Shown here piece after piece: positions 48,360-58,242 of a DNA stretch of 64,000 nucleotides. Under the pieces are notes generated by a model, which made no database searches, was not told the DNA's origin, and saw only the letters and a list, made by a program, of their open reading frames with translations. This stretch comes from Candidatus Binatia bacterium (GTDB lineage Bacteria; Desulfobacterota; Binatia; Bin18), in NCBI GenBank assembly GCA_963664395.2, contig OY761159.2, positions 2,528,001-2,592,000 of the forward strand, written 5' to 3'. Each line of letters begins with the position of its first letter. The stretch's first letter is position 1. The translations under genes were made by a program, and so were the position numbers.

Positions 48360-49772
48360 GTGACTGACTCAACACAACAACTGGGCGTCATCATTCTTGC
48401 CGCCGGCAAGGGGACGCGCATGCGTTCCGACCGGGCCAAGGTGCTGCATCATCTAGCCGGCACACCGCTCCTGACGCATGTTCTCCACACCAGCCAAAGT
48501 CTGCATCCCAGCCGCCTGGTTGTTGTGGTTGGCCATCAGGCGGCTGCGGTTCAAGCCGCGGCTCAAGCCGCGTGTGGAGGAGAGGGGGTACGCTTCGCCC
48601 TCCAACAAGAGCAGCGTGGCACGGGCGACGCGGTACGCGCGGCCAAAGAGCAGTTTGCAGGCTTTCGGGGTGATATTCTGATTGTCTCCGGCGACGTGCC
48701 ACTCCTCACGCCACAGACCCTCGCTCAGTTTGTCACGGCGCATCAAGAGCATCAGGCGACCCTCTCTGTCCTGACCGCGCAGCGCGCCGACCCGGCTCAG
48801 TACGGCCGTGTTATGCGCCGGTCCGACGGGCAGGTCGTCCGCATTGTTGAGGCGCGTGACGCCTCGGCCCAAGAATTCAGCGTCCAGGAAATCAACACCG
48901 GCATATACTGTGTCAGGGCGGACTTTCTCTTCTCCGCACTTGATCGTCTCCAACCAACCAATGCGCAAGGCGAATACTATCTGACCGACATCGTTGCTGC
49001 GGCAGTCCGGGCCGGGCTGCCGACCCGTGCTGTTCTCACTCCTGACTTTCACGAAGTCGAAGGGGTGAATTCTCGACAGGAGCTTGCCCGTATGGAAACA
49101 ACGCACCAAGAACAACTCCGCCGTCAGTGGATGGACGCTGGTGTCACCTTTGAGGATGCGCAGACGGTCTATCTGAGTGATGAAGCGACCATAGGCCAAG
49201 ACACGGTCATTGGCCCGAATACCCATATCAAAGGCCGGACTGTTATCGGGTCGAACTGTAGGATTGACGGCGACGCCTATATTGAGAACTGTACTATCGG
49301 AGATAATGTCCGGCTCTATTTCTCGGTTGTGCTCAGTGACAGCCGGCTCGGCGATGACTCCTCGGCCGGGCCGTTTTCGCATCTGCGTGGCGGTGCCATG
49401 CTTGCCCCTCACGCTGAGGTCGGAAATTTCGTTGAAGTGAAAAAATCTACAATCGGCGAGCACACCAAAGCCAAACATCTTGCGTATATTGGCGACGCAG
49501 AGATTGGCAGGGAGGCCAATATCGGCGCCGGAACTATCACGTGTAACTACGACGGCTTCCGCAAGCATAAAACCAAGATTGGAGACCGTGTCCAAGTCGG
49601 CTCTGATACGACTCTGGTTGCCCCGATCACGATCAACGACGATGTGTATATTGCCACTGCAACCACAGTCCGGCACGATGTTCCCGCGGGCGCGCTGGTC
49701 TTTAATCCGCGTCAGGAAGAAACACGTGCAGGCTGGACCGCGGCCAAACGTGCCAAGGAAAGCGACACGTAG
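48360..49772 (+). CDS. glmU: Bifunctional GlcNAc-1-P uridyltransferase/acetyltransferase
   Basis: LAAGKGTRM, GDVPL, EYYLTD, hexapeptide repeats, GNFVEVK, HLAYIGD. Confidence 0.97.
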   Translation: MTDSTQQLGVIILAAGKGTRMRSDRAKVLHHLAGTPLLTHVLHTSQSLHPSRLVVVVGHQAAAVQAAAQAACGGEGVRFALQQEQRGTGDAVRAAKEQFAGFRGDILIVSGDVPLLTPQTLAQFVTAHQEHQATLSVLTAQRADPAQYGRVMRRSDGQVVRIVEARDASAQEFSVQEINTGIYCVRADFLFSALDRLQPTNAQGEYYLTDIVAAAVRAGLPTRAVLTPDFHEVEGVNSRQELARMETTHQEQLRRQWMDAGVTFEDAQTVYLSDEATIGQDTVIGPNTHIKGRTVIGSNCRIDGDAYIENCTIGDNVRLYFSVVLSDSRLGDDSSAGPFSHLRGGAMLAPHAEVGNFVEVKKSTIGEHTKAKHLAYIGDAEIGREANIGAGTITCNYDGFRKHKTKIGDRVQVGSDTTLVAPITINDDVYIATATTVRHDVPAGALVFNPRQEETRAGWTAAKRAKESDT

Positions 49773-49801
49773 GGGTACGGCGTGACCCAAAGGACTCAAT
49801 C

Positions 49802-51631
49802 ATGTGCGGCATCATGGGCTATGTTGGTCAGCGCGAGGCAGCCCCGTTGCTCCTCCAAGGGCTCAAGCGGCTTGAGTATCGCGGCTATGATTCCGCGGGA
49901 ATCGCCGCATTCACAAACGGGCATATTGCCATACGCCGCACGGTCGGCAAGCTCGCCAATCTTGATCAGTTGTTGCAGGCAGAACCGCTGTCTGGCTCAG
50001 TTGGCATTGGCCACACCCGCTGGGCGACCCACGGCCCGCCATCCGAGGAGAATGCCCACCCGCACCGGGCCGGCGCCGTGGTGGTCATCCATAATGGCAT
50101 TATCGAGAACTATCTCGCCCTGCGCCACGAGCTCATGGATAAAGGACGGACGTTCAGTTCTGAGACGGATACTGAAGTCATTGCCCACCTGATCGACCAA
50201 TACCTGCAAGAGGGCCACTCCTTCGCTGAGGCGACCCGGGCCGCCCTGCGGCATCTTTCCGGTTCGTTCGCTCTGGTTGCCCTGAGCGAGCGAGACCCTG
50301 GGATGCTCCTGACGGCCAAAAATGCCACGCCTATTGTGATCGGGCTCGGAGAAGGAGAAAGCTTTGTGGCCTCCGATATTCCGGCCCTGCTCGATTACAC
50401 CCGCCGCGTGCTCTTCCTGGATGACGGCGAGATGGCCGAGGTGAGTTGCAAAGGCGTCGCGATCTCAGACTTTTCCGGCCGGCCGATTGCGCGCGAGCCA
50501 CGACTCATTACCTGGGACCCGATTACGGCCCAGAAGAGCGGCTATAAGCATTTCCTGCTGAAAGAAATCCATGAACAGCCCCAAGCCATTATCGATACCA
50601 TGCGGAGTCGCATCCTTGAGGAATCCGGCGAGATCGCGCTGGGTGAGCTTGCGGCTCAGCTTCCCGTGCTCGACGCGGTCAAGCGCACGACCCTGGTTGC
50701 GTGTGGCACGGCGTGGCACGCCTGTTTGATTGGGAAATTCCTTTTTGAAGAGCTGGCCGGATTGCCGACAGAAGTCGACTATGGCAGTGAATTCCGGTAT
50801 CGCCCCACGCCGCTCGATGCCGACAGCCTGGTTCTGGCGGTTTCTCAGTCCGGCGAGACTGCGGATACGCTGGCGGCGCTCGCAGGCGGCAGAGACAAGG
50901 GCGCCAGTACGCTGACCATCTGTAATGTGGTCGATTCGTCCATTGCGCGCAAATCCGACATGGTGGTCTATACCCATGCCGGACCTGAGATCAGCGTGGC
51001 CTCAACCAAGGCGTTCACGACGCAGTTGACCGCACTCTACCTTTTAGCCATCTATCTGGGACAACGCCGCGGCGTCCTGGGCAAAGAACAAAGTCGGAAA
51101 CTCATCGAAGACATCGTCAGCCTGCCCTCATTAGTCCAAGAGACATTGAAGGAGGCCAAAACGATTGAAAAGATCGCCAGGAAATATGGCCATGCCAGCG
51201 ACTTCTTGTATCTCGGGCGGGGCGTCAACTATCCCATCGCGCTTGAGGGCGCGCTCAAGCTCAAGGAACTGTCCTATATTCATGCCGAGGGCTATCCGGC
51301 CGGGGAGATGAAGCACGGTCCGATTGCCCTGATCGACGAGCAGATGCCGGTTGTCGTCCTCCTCCCAAAGGACCCGGTGTACGAGAAAACGCTCAGCAAT
51401 ATGAAAGAGGTCGAGGCGCGCGGCGGCCGCATCATCGCCCTGACCGACGCCCCGTCGCCCGAAATCGAAGAAATTGCCTGGGAGATTATCCAGGTCCCGA
51501 CAACAAACCACTTGCTCATGCCAATTCTGCTCAGCATTCCGCTCCAACTCCTGGCCTATCATGTGGCCGTGTATCGCGGGACCGATGTGGACCAGCCGCG
51601 CAACCTGGCCAAGAGCGTGACGGTGGAGTAG
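49802..51631 (+). CDS. glmS: Glutamine-fructose-6-phosphate aminotransferase
   Basis: MCGI N-terminus, GHTRWATHG, SQSGET, PRNLAKSVTVE. Confidence 0.98.
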   Translation: MCGIMGYVGQREAAPLLLQGLKRLEYRGYDSAGIAAFTNGHIAIRRTVGKLANLDQLLQAEPLSGSVGIGHTRWATHGPPSEENAHPHRAGAVVVIHNGIIENYLALRHELMDKGRTFSSETDTEVIAHLIDQYLQEGHSFAEATRAALRHLSGSFALVALSERDPGMLLTAKNATPIVIGLGEGESFVASDIPALLDYTRRVLFLDDGEMAEVSCKGVAISDFSGRPIAREPRLITWDPITAQKSGYKHFLLKEIHEQPQAIIDTMRSRILEESGEIALGELAAQLPVLDAVKRTTLVACGTAWHACLIGKFLFEELAGLPTEVDYGSEFRYRPTPLDADSLVLAVSQSGETADTLAALAGGRDKGASTLTICNVVDSSIARKSDMVVYTHAGPEISVASTKAFTTQLTALYLLAIYLGQRRGVLGKEQSRKLIEDIVSLPSLVQETLKEAKTIEKIARKYGHASDFLYLGRGVNYPIALEGALKLKELSYIHAEGYPAGEMKHGPIALIDEQMPVVVLLPKDPVYEKTLSNMKEVEARGGRIIALTDAPSPEIEEIAWEIIQVPTTNHLLMPILLSIPLQLLAYHVAVYRGTDVDQPRNLAKSVTVE

Positions 51632-51720
51632 GCATGCTGCGCCCAGGAAAGAATGCCGGTAGCCAGTCCATCTGAATATAGCTGTTAGACGTTCCGAGAA
51701 ACCCCAGCTATAGTTGAGCC

Positions 51721-52062
51721 GTGGCTGAACTATAGCTTCCCGCTGCTCCTGTCGCGTTTATCCGCAAGTGCCTTCGTGATAGCCGGGTTTACTGGACATA
51801 CCATGTCAATATGCGTCTGGGGCGACGGTTCATCGCCCGTGAGATGATTATTGCGGCGGCTGGGAGCTATGAGATTGTCGAGGCGTACCCGGACGACAAG
51901 TATTTTCCGAGTTACCTGCTCTTGGGGCGAAGAGGAGAGAAGGCGTTCCATGTTCTGTTCGGGGTCGATGTGGACGGACAGAATGTGCGAGTCATCACCG
52001 CGTACTACCCCGGCCCTGAGGAGTGGGAGGCAGACCTGAAGACCCGAAGGAGGAGCCCATGA
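51721..52062 (+). pseudogene. DUF4258-family toxin with in-frame TAG at codon 5
   Basis: GTG-GCT-GAA-CTA-TAG, then 'VYWTYHVNMR...YPDDKYFPSYLL...FHVLF...VITAYYP...W'; TATAGT -10 at 51709. Confidence 0.7.
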
Positions 52063-52280
52063 AGTGCACCGTCTGTGGCGCTCGCATGAGTCCGACGACT
52101 ACCGCCTTACCATTCAAACTCTCCGAGGAACGTATTGTCATCCTCAAGCAACTGCCGGTCTTGCAGTGCACCTCCTGCCGCGAGTATCTCATTGAAGATG
52201 CCGTCATGGCGCGGATTGAGACGCTGCTCGGGCGTGCCGACAGTAGCGCAGAATTAGAGGTGCTTCGCTATGCGGCCTGA
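52059..52280 (+). CDS. YgiT/MqsA-type zinc-finger antitoxin
   Basis: MKCTVC...QCTSCRE...YAA; AGGAG RBS; ATGA overlap with the toxin gene. Confidence 0.85.
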   Translation: MKCTVCGARMSPTTTALPFKLSEERIVILKQLPVLQCTSCREYLIEDAVMARIETLLGRADSSAELEVLRYAA

Positions 52281-52520
52281 GGGTTGCGGACCACAGCCTT
52301 TGTCCTATGCCGCCGACTCCCTTCCAGCCGGCCCCGTCTCCAGGAGAAAGGATGATTGAGAGGAACGCATGATCTCCGGCGTGAAACAGTTACTTGAAGA
52401 CCTGGCGCGCACGCCAGCCAGACCCACCGGACATACACCGCCCAGGAACTCGAACTGTTTGAGACGTTCAAGGCGCGCTACGAACAGACGTTCGGACAGG
52501 GGAACCGCGGTGAGTGATAT

Positions 52521-52543
52521 CCAACCCCCAATCCCAAAACCCC
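52521..52543. repeat. Heptamer tandem repeat (STRR-like)
   Basis: CCAACCC CCAATCC CAAAACC CC immediately after the stop of the 52549 gene. Confidence 0.5.
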
Positions 52544-52548
52544 TCGTT

Positions 52549-53997
52549 CTATCCCTCTTTAATCCCCGCCAATTCACGGGCATATTCCGCGGCGGCCGCA
52601 AAATCGTACTCACGATAGGTCTGGAGCTTTTCGGCTTCGAGGGAGCCCTCGGCGTGCACGGCGAGCACTTCCTGATAGCCGCCAAAGTCGCCCGCCGTCA
52701 GGTCTGAAATCAGATTCATCAGCCGCAACCGGTGCTCGGTTGAGGTGCCTTTCTTGCCGCCCAGATATTTCCGGACGTAGGGTCCGGTTGCCTCACTCTG
52801 CCAGTCCTCAAGGCTTGGCCCGGTCACCAGCAGGCCGCCGCTCACATCCTGTACCATCTGCACAGCCTGGTGGTAATTTGAGGCAAATTGATATTTGGCC
52901 ACGTTTGTCATCAGTGTATTGGGAATCGCAATGCCCGGCGGGACAACGCTGTGTTGCTGGGCCGCGGCCAGAATCAACCCTTGGACGGTGGCATGATAAC
53001 TGGCCAGCTTGGTCAGTTTCTCGCGAATATGGCCGGCTCGCTCAATCCCGTTGTATTCCGCAATCGCCTGTGACGCCCCGGCCATGAGCTCCAAGAGTGG
53101 CAGTTTGTAGGAAACGGCAGTGAAACGGTGAAACTTCACAAAGGTCAGGGCCATCAAACCCGCCGCAGCTATCTCGCCGGCCAGGAACACCCGCTCCCAG
53201 GGGACAAACACGTCGTCGAAAACGGTCAGCGTCTCCATCATCTTATGTTTGGCGCTGATCGGATACTCAAAGTCATTTCTTGGGAAACCGCCGTAGGAAC
53301 TGGCCAGAAGTTTCAGCCCTTTTGTGGCCGCCGGGATAGCGAAGGCCACGGCGTAGTCTTCATCGCCCTCGCGCATTGCGCGGGTCGGCAGGACAATGAT
53401 TTCGTCCGTATTGGTGGATACTGAGGTGTGAATTTTGGCTCCGCGGACGACGATGCCGTCGTCACGCCGGTCAACAATGCGCACATAATAATCCGGATGT
53501 TCCTGGCCCTGAGGACCCAGGCTGCGGTCGCCTTTGACATCGCTCTGGGCCACGGCAACCGCGTAATCATTATCCCGACACATTTCATAATATTTTCGGA
53601 CCCGCTCGCGGTATTGTCCCGCACCATGCTTGGCCATTTCTTCGGCGACAATATGCAGCGCCAGGAGTGCGTCTGTCCCGATTTCTTTGATCAAAACGAC
53701 CAGCGTCGCCCCCTCACGGGTACTGGCTTCAATGAGACGGCTGCGCTTGAGCAGGTCTTCGGCATTCTGAGGCAGGTGATAATAACGAGAATACTCTTGT
53801 CCGGTCTGCGGGTCGGTGACAACGGCCAGGTCGCGGTAACGTGGGTCTTCGGCCATCCGGTAGTCGATGCAGGCGTGTTCGACGGCTTTCCCGATAACCG
53901 GGTGGGTTGTGACATCTTCCACCCTTTCGCCGCGATAATAGACTTCTCGTCCGTCTTTCAGACTCTCTTTATATTGCTCTGGTGTGCGCAGACTCAT
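52549..53997 (-). CDS. HpaB/4-hydroxybutyryl-CoA dehydratase superfamily flavoprotein
   Basis: 'YKESLKDGREVYYRGE', 'QSDVKGDRS', 'GIVVRGAK', 'VFDDVFVPWERVF'. Confidence 0.88.
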   Translation of the reverse strand: MSLRTPEQYKESLKDGREVYYRGERVEDVTTHPVIGKAVEHACIDYRMAEDPRYRDLAVVTDPQTGQEYSRYYHLPQNAEDLLKRSRLIEASTREGATLVVLIKEIGTDALLALHIVAEEMAKHGAGQYRERVRKYYEMCRDNDYAVAVAQSDVKGDRSLGPQGQEHPDYYVRIVDRRDDGIVVRGAKIHTSVSTNTDEIIVLPTRAMREGDEDYAVAFAIPAATKGLKLLASSYGGFPRNDFEYPISAKHKMMETLTVFDDVFVPWERVFLAGEIAAAGLMALTFVKFHRFTAVSYKLPLLELMAGASQAIAEYNGIERAGHIREKLTKLASYHATVQGLILAAAQQHSVVPPGIAIPNTLMTNVAKYQFASNYHQAVQMVQDVSGGLLVTGPSLEDWQSEATGPYVRKYLGGKKGTSTEHRLRLMNLISDLTAGDFGGYQEVLAVHAEGSLEAEKLQTYREYDFAAAAEYARELAGIKEG

Positions 53998-54068
53998 GGT
54001 ATACTCCTCGTTTGGAAAAGTGCGCTGAGTATAACCGCGACCGCGCTGGTGTGTCCATCGCCCCCGCG

Positions 54069-54473
54069 TTACTCGGGTCCGAGCATCAGTCGCAGCAGGG
54101 TTGTGGGCGCTATATACCCCTCCGAGGCTTCCGGACCCGTAATCGTTCCAATAGCAGAGAGCTTGTGATGCAGTGCGGTGAGCTTTGCCGAGGGAAGAGA
54201 AAGAACGAGTATATCTTTTTCATCTTTGACCAGAATTGCGCCCTCAAATTGTTGAATGGCCGTTCGGACCAGTCCAGCCAGTTCAGCCAGTTCAGTCTGG
54301 TCCGCAGCGTTCTCGCCGGTCAATTGCCACGAGACCGGCTGGATAATACTTCCGCTTCCTTCCGGAATAACCCCGACTCCATCCTGGGCTGGCGAAAAAC
54401 CAGACGTCAGTCCGACCAGGGTGAGACTGAGAGCAAGCCCGAGCAGATGTTTTTCGTGAGTCCGTAGTGTCAT
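54069..54473 (-). CDS. Hypothetical exported protein
   Basis: GGAGG RBS before ATG 54473; signal-peptide-like N-terminus. Confidence 0.6.
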   Translation of the reverse strand: MTLRTHEKHLLGLALSLTLVGLTSGFSPAQDGVGVIPEGSGSIIQPVSWQLTGENAADQTELAELAGLVRTAIQQFEGAILVKDEKDILVLSLPSAKLTALHHKLSAIGTITGPEASEGYIAPTTLLRLMLGPE

Positions 54474-54626
54474 GTCATGCGCCTCCCATGTGTATTGTAC
54501 TATATTGTGACGGGTCACGGACCACGATGAAAGGGTCGTAGCATCCATTCTGTGGGTTTCTCTCCGGTATTTGCGTTGAGACGCAACACCACGTAAAGTT
54601 GCCAACATATTTGGTTCGTATCCAGC

Positions 54627-55112
54627 ATGGCAGAGCATCAACAGAAAGACGCGGTCAACGCTCTTGGGGAGAAACTCCTGCGTCTCCTGGCCGGCATATC
54701 AACCGAAGAACTCACCAACCCCGAGAAAGCCGCCCGAATGATAGAGCGGACGGTGCGGATGATGGTGGCCTATATTATCGTGGCCGGCCTCAGCCTGTTC
54801 TTTCTGTCAATTCCAAGTTTTATTGCTCTTGACGGCGGCCTGCATACGGAAAACTTCACTGCCTTTTTCTGGATCGGCAGCCCGTTTTTCGACTGTCTCA
54901 TCCTCCTCGCGCTCAGCCTCTTTCTGGCGCAAGCCAGAAACCTCTCGGTTGCCCTCGGCCTGGTAGGCGTATCCGGTTTTGAGGCATATTTGTATATGCA
55001 GTACGCCACACTGTCTGATTTTGTCATGCTCATCATGTGTCTGATGGTCCTCATTCATGCGCTCCAGATTCTTGGCCTGTTCGTGTTTGGACGCTTGCCT
55101 AATCTAGTCTGA
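54627..55112 (+). CDS. Hypothetical 4-TM membrane protein
   Basis: Four hydrophobic stretches; leads a co-directional gene run. Confidence 0.65.
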   Translation: MAEHQQKDAVNALGEKLLRLLAGISTEELTNPEKAARMIERTVRMMVAYIIVAGLSLFFLSIPSFIALDGGLHTENFTAFFWIGSPFFDCLILLALSLFLAQARNLSVALGLVGVSGFEAYLYMQYATLSDFVMLIMCLMVLIHALQILGLFVFGRLPNLV

Positions 55113-55132
55113 TTTTGCGGAATGACCGAGCC

Positions 55133-57088
55133 ATGACGATCTTTATTGCCTCCGTGCTCGCCCTCATCATCATCCTCTGGTCGCTGGGCTGGTATGCCAA
55201 ACGCTGGGTGCGCACCGACAGTGACTTTTTGCTGGCTGGTCGGCAGGTCAGTCTCATTCCGGGGATTGCCAGCATTTGTGGCATTGCGTTTGCCGGCAGC
55301 ATGACCAGTATCATCCCCGGCCTGACCATCCAGTACGGTTTTCTTGGCTGGATCTTAGGCGGCAGCCTGCCCTTGGTGATTGGCTATATTGCGTATGGCG
55401 TCTTTGCCGGTCCGTATATTCGGCGCTGTGGCGCGTACACCATCCCCGAATGGCTGGAGATGCGCTTTGACACGCGCACGCGGGTGGTGGTCAGCATTGC
55501 CACCCTGCTTGGGGTGACTGGCATCGTCGCCATGAATGTCGTGGCCATGGCGCTTATCATGCAGAGTTTCCTCGGCGCTCCTGTGTGGCTCATGATTACC
55601 ATTGTCCTGGGCGGACACCTGACGTTTATTTTTCTGGGTGGCATGTGGGCGTTGACGCTCACCGACGTCGTTCAGGTCCTGCTGGGTTTTCTCTGCCTCC
55701 CGGCCCTGGCCGTATACTGTCTTGTCAGCTACGGCGGCTGGGAGCTGATTGAGACGAGTTTTGTGACGGCGACGCCCCTCACATCCGGTGTCCTGGGTTC
55801 TTTTCCGTGGTTTCAGTTGAGCTATCCGAGTGTGCTGACGGTTTCACTCGTAATCGGCTTTTTTATTCAGTGGGGCGGCAACTACTACTGGCTCCGAGCC
55901 GCGGCCGCGCGAACCGAACCTATTGCCCGCTGGCAATTTATTATTGGCGGCCTGCTCGTCCTCGTGATCCACGGCTCTATAGGCGTGCTCGGCCTGTATG
56001 CCGGCAGTGTACACCGCGCTGCTTTTCTGGACCCCGTGAATCCGGCCAACCCCATGGGCGCGTATGGCCTGCTCATGCGAGACTTTCCCCCGGCTATGGC
56101 ACTATTGGGTCTCGTGGCGGCCCTGGCCGCTACCATCTCAACGACGAGTAATGCGCATATGGGTATCACCTCCTCGCTCTCGCGTGACATCTACCAGCGC
56201 TTTATCCGGCCAGACGCCTCCCCGGAAGTGGTATTACGGATGAGCCGCATTCTCACCCTGCTGACCGGTTTTGCCATTTTGCTGCTGAGTTTTTATCCTG
56301 GCGGGCCGTATTATCTGCTGGCGGTGAGTTGTGCCATGCTCGGTCCCGCAGCCTGCGTCTTTCTGCTTGGACACCGCTGGGCCTATATCACCTCGACAGG
56401 TGCGTTTTGGGGCACATTAATTGGGGCGGTATCGATGCTCGTGTACGAAATCCTCAAATTTATGGACGTCCCACTGGGCTCAATGCATACGGTTGTGGTG
56501 GGCTCAATCATCACCTTCCCGACGGTGCTCGGCCTGTCCTGCCTCACGCAGCCACAGCCGGAAGGTACACTTCCGGACCAGCCGGAAACACTGCGCCTCG
56601 TTCCAGAGCAGGAACGTCTGTTGGTCTTGATTCGAACTGGCTATACGACCATGGTTGAACTGAGTGATTTCACCATGCTCAATTCCGCCGAGTGCCACCG
56701 CCTCATCCGTGAACTCGAACGGGCCGGACTCGTCCAGCGCTGGGGCGCAAGCGGGCTCGACTATTTCACTTTTGCCCTCACGCCGCAGGGCGATCGTACT
56801 CTCGCAGACCTGCCCAATGCGCCTACGGACTTTGTCGGCTTTGCGGGTCTGGATGCGGACAGTCGCTCAATTTTGGAGCAGCTTGAGGGGGGAGAGAAAA
56901 GTCTGCACGATCTCAGTACGGCAACCGGGGTGGCGGCCTCACCCCTGAGCGTCATCGTCAATCGCCTCGACCAACTCGGCTATGTTAGCGGGCATGGCAT
57001 ATGGGAGCGGGCTATGAGGCTGTCAGAAAAAGGTCGCGGGCTGCTTGAAGAGCGAAGGGTTCAGGCGACCAAGGACACCTCAATCTGA
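55133..57088 (+). CDS. Sodium:solute symporter (SSS) fused to two C-terminal winged-helix domains
   Basis: 'DFLLAGR', 'YTIPEWLEMRF', 'GGMWALTLTDVVQ', 'AATISTT', 'RDIYQRF'; tail 'LIRELERAGLV...LTPQG' and 'IVNRLDQLGYV...LSEKGR'. Confidence 0.85.
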   Translation: MTIFIASVLALIIILWSLGWYAKRWVRTDSDFLLAGRQVSLIPGIASICGIAFAGSMTSIIPGLTIQYGFLGWILGGSLPLVIGYIAYGVFAGPYIRRCGAYTIPEWLEMRFDTRTRVVVSIATLLGVTGIVAMNVVAMALIMQSFLGAPVWLMITIVLGGHLTFIFLGGMWALTLTDVVQVLLGFLCLPALAVYCLVSYGGWELIETSFVTATPLTSGVLGSFPWFQLSYPSVLTVSLVIGFFIQWGGNYYWLRAAAARTEPIARWQFIIGGLLVLVIHGSIGVLGLYAGSVHRAAFLDPVNPANPMGAYGLLMRDFPPAMALLGLVAALAATISTTSNAHMGITSSLSRDIYQRFIRPDASPEVVLRMSRILTLLTGFAILLLSFYPGGPYYLLAVSCAMLGPAACVFLLGHRWAYITSTGAFWGTLIGAVSMLVYEILKFMDVPLGSMHTVVVGSIITFPTVLGLSCLTQPQPEGTLPDQPETLRLVPEQERLLVLIRTGYTTMVELSDFTMLNSAECHRLIRELERAGLVQRWGASGLDYFTFALTPQGDRTLADLPNAPTDFVGFAGLDADSRSILEQLEGGEKSLHDLSTATGVAASPLSVIVNRLDQLGYVSGHGIWERAMRLSEKGRGLLEERRVQATKDTSI

Positions 57089-57117
57089 CCGAGCGGCATA
57101 ATGAGGAGGAAACAGCC

Positions 57118-58230
57118 ATGTCTCGAAGCAGCGTCGATACTCTCCTGCCCACGACCATGGTAGGCTCGTATCCCCGCCCACACTGGTTTACCTACCAGTT
57201 GCACGGGCGAGATATTTGGGATGCGTTTAAGAACGTCAACCACGCCGAGGCGTTTGAAGATGCGGTCCGCACCGTGCTGCAAGACCAGGAGCAAGCCGGA
57301 CTGGACATTCTAACGGACGGTCAGATGTGGTTCGACGACTATGGCGGCTGTATTGGGTCCTTTGTGTGGTACTGGTATGAGCGTATTCATGGCTTTGTGC
57401 CTATTAAACACAGTCACCCGTTTGTTGAAGGAGGGCAGGCTTCACACAATGATGCTGCCTGGCTCACAGACTGGGGCGCGACCGCCGTGACTGCTGCGGT
57501 CGAACGCGGGCCGCTGCGCTTAGCCGACCTGTACCATATTGCCCAACGCAATACCAAGAAGCCGGTGCGGTGCAGCGTGGGCGCGGGACCGATCAACCTG
57601 ACCTACCACGTCCATCTCGAATACTACAAAACCCAGAAAGACCTGGCCTACGCTCTGGCTCCTATCTTTAACGCCGAGATGAAGGAAATGGTGGCGAGTG
57701 GGGCCTCATTCCTTCAGTTGGAAGACCTCGGGGCGTGGCTGCCGTTATTAAGCGGCAACCTGGACGATTTCGGTTGGGTTGTTGATGTGATCAACCAAGC
57801 CGTTGAGGGCGTTGAGGCGAAGCTCGCCTGGCATTTCTGCTTTGGCGCAGCTTGGGGTAATGCCTCACAAGGCTTGTTTCCGTCAGGGACAGGCTATGGT
57901 TCCATCCTGCCCCATCTGTACGACACCAGGATTGAACAGTATGTGCTCGATTTTGCCGTCCGAGAAATGGAAGACGCGCATATTCTGAAAGACCTTCCTT
58001 CAGATAAGGAAGTCGCCGTCGGGGTGATTGATGTGCGCAATCTACAAATCGAAACACCAGAGCAGGTTGCGGAACGTATTCGCACAGTGCTCAAGTTCAT
58101 CGAGCCGGAGCGTGTGACTCTCACGACCGACTGCGGCCTGCGTGCTCTGCCCCGGTTCTGCGCCTACAATAAACTGCGCGCCATGGTCGAAGGAGCGCAG
58201 ATTGTGCGCGCTGAAATCGCCGGGGGCTAA
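57118..58230 (+). CDS. MetE C-terminal-like Zn-dependent thiol alkyltransferase (cobalamin-independent Met synthase II / epoxyalkane:CoM transferase family)
   Basis: TTMVGSYPRP, QEQAGLDILTDG, WHFCFG (HxC), GVIDV, TDCGL. Confidence 0.85.
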   Translation: MSRSSVDTLLPTTMVGSYPRPHWFTYQLHGRDIWDAFKNVNHAEAFEDAVRTVLQDQEQAGLDILTDGQMWFDDYGGCIGSFVWYWYERIHGFVPIKHSHPFVEGGQASHNDAAWLTDWGATAVTAAVERGPLRLADLYHIAQRNTKKPVRCSVGAGPINLTYHVHLEYYKTQKDLAYALAPIFNAEMKEMVASGASFLQLEDLGAWLPLLSGNLDDFGWVVDVINQAVEGVEAKLAWHFCFGAAWGNASQGLFPSGTGYGSILPHLYDTRIEQYVLDFAVREMEDAHILKDLPSDKEVAVGVIDVRNLQIETPEQVAERIRTVLKFIEPERVTLTTDCGLRALPRFCAYNKLRAMVEGAQIVRAEIAGG

Positions 58231-58242
58231 AGGAGACAAGAT

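Noticed and set aside
48453-49799. 448-aa minus-strand ORF, and other long shadow ORFs such as 59431-60219, 53428-54168, 33427-34149 and 38287-38988
   Set aside because: Antisense to well-conserved genes, with no motifs; expected in GC-rich coding DNA
49802-51631. glmS as the partner of the GlmL-like ATPase
   Set aside because: Name clash only: this is glucosamine-6-phosphate synthase, not the B12-binding glutamate mutase S subunit
51632-52548. Tn7-like element at the glmS attachment site
   Set aside because: No tns genes or recognisable Tn7 ends; only a small TA pair and a relic
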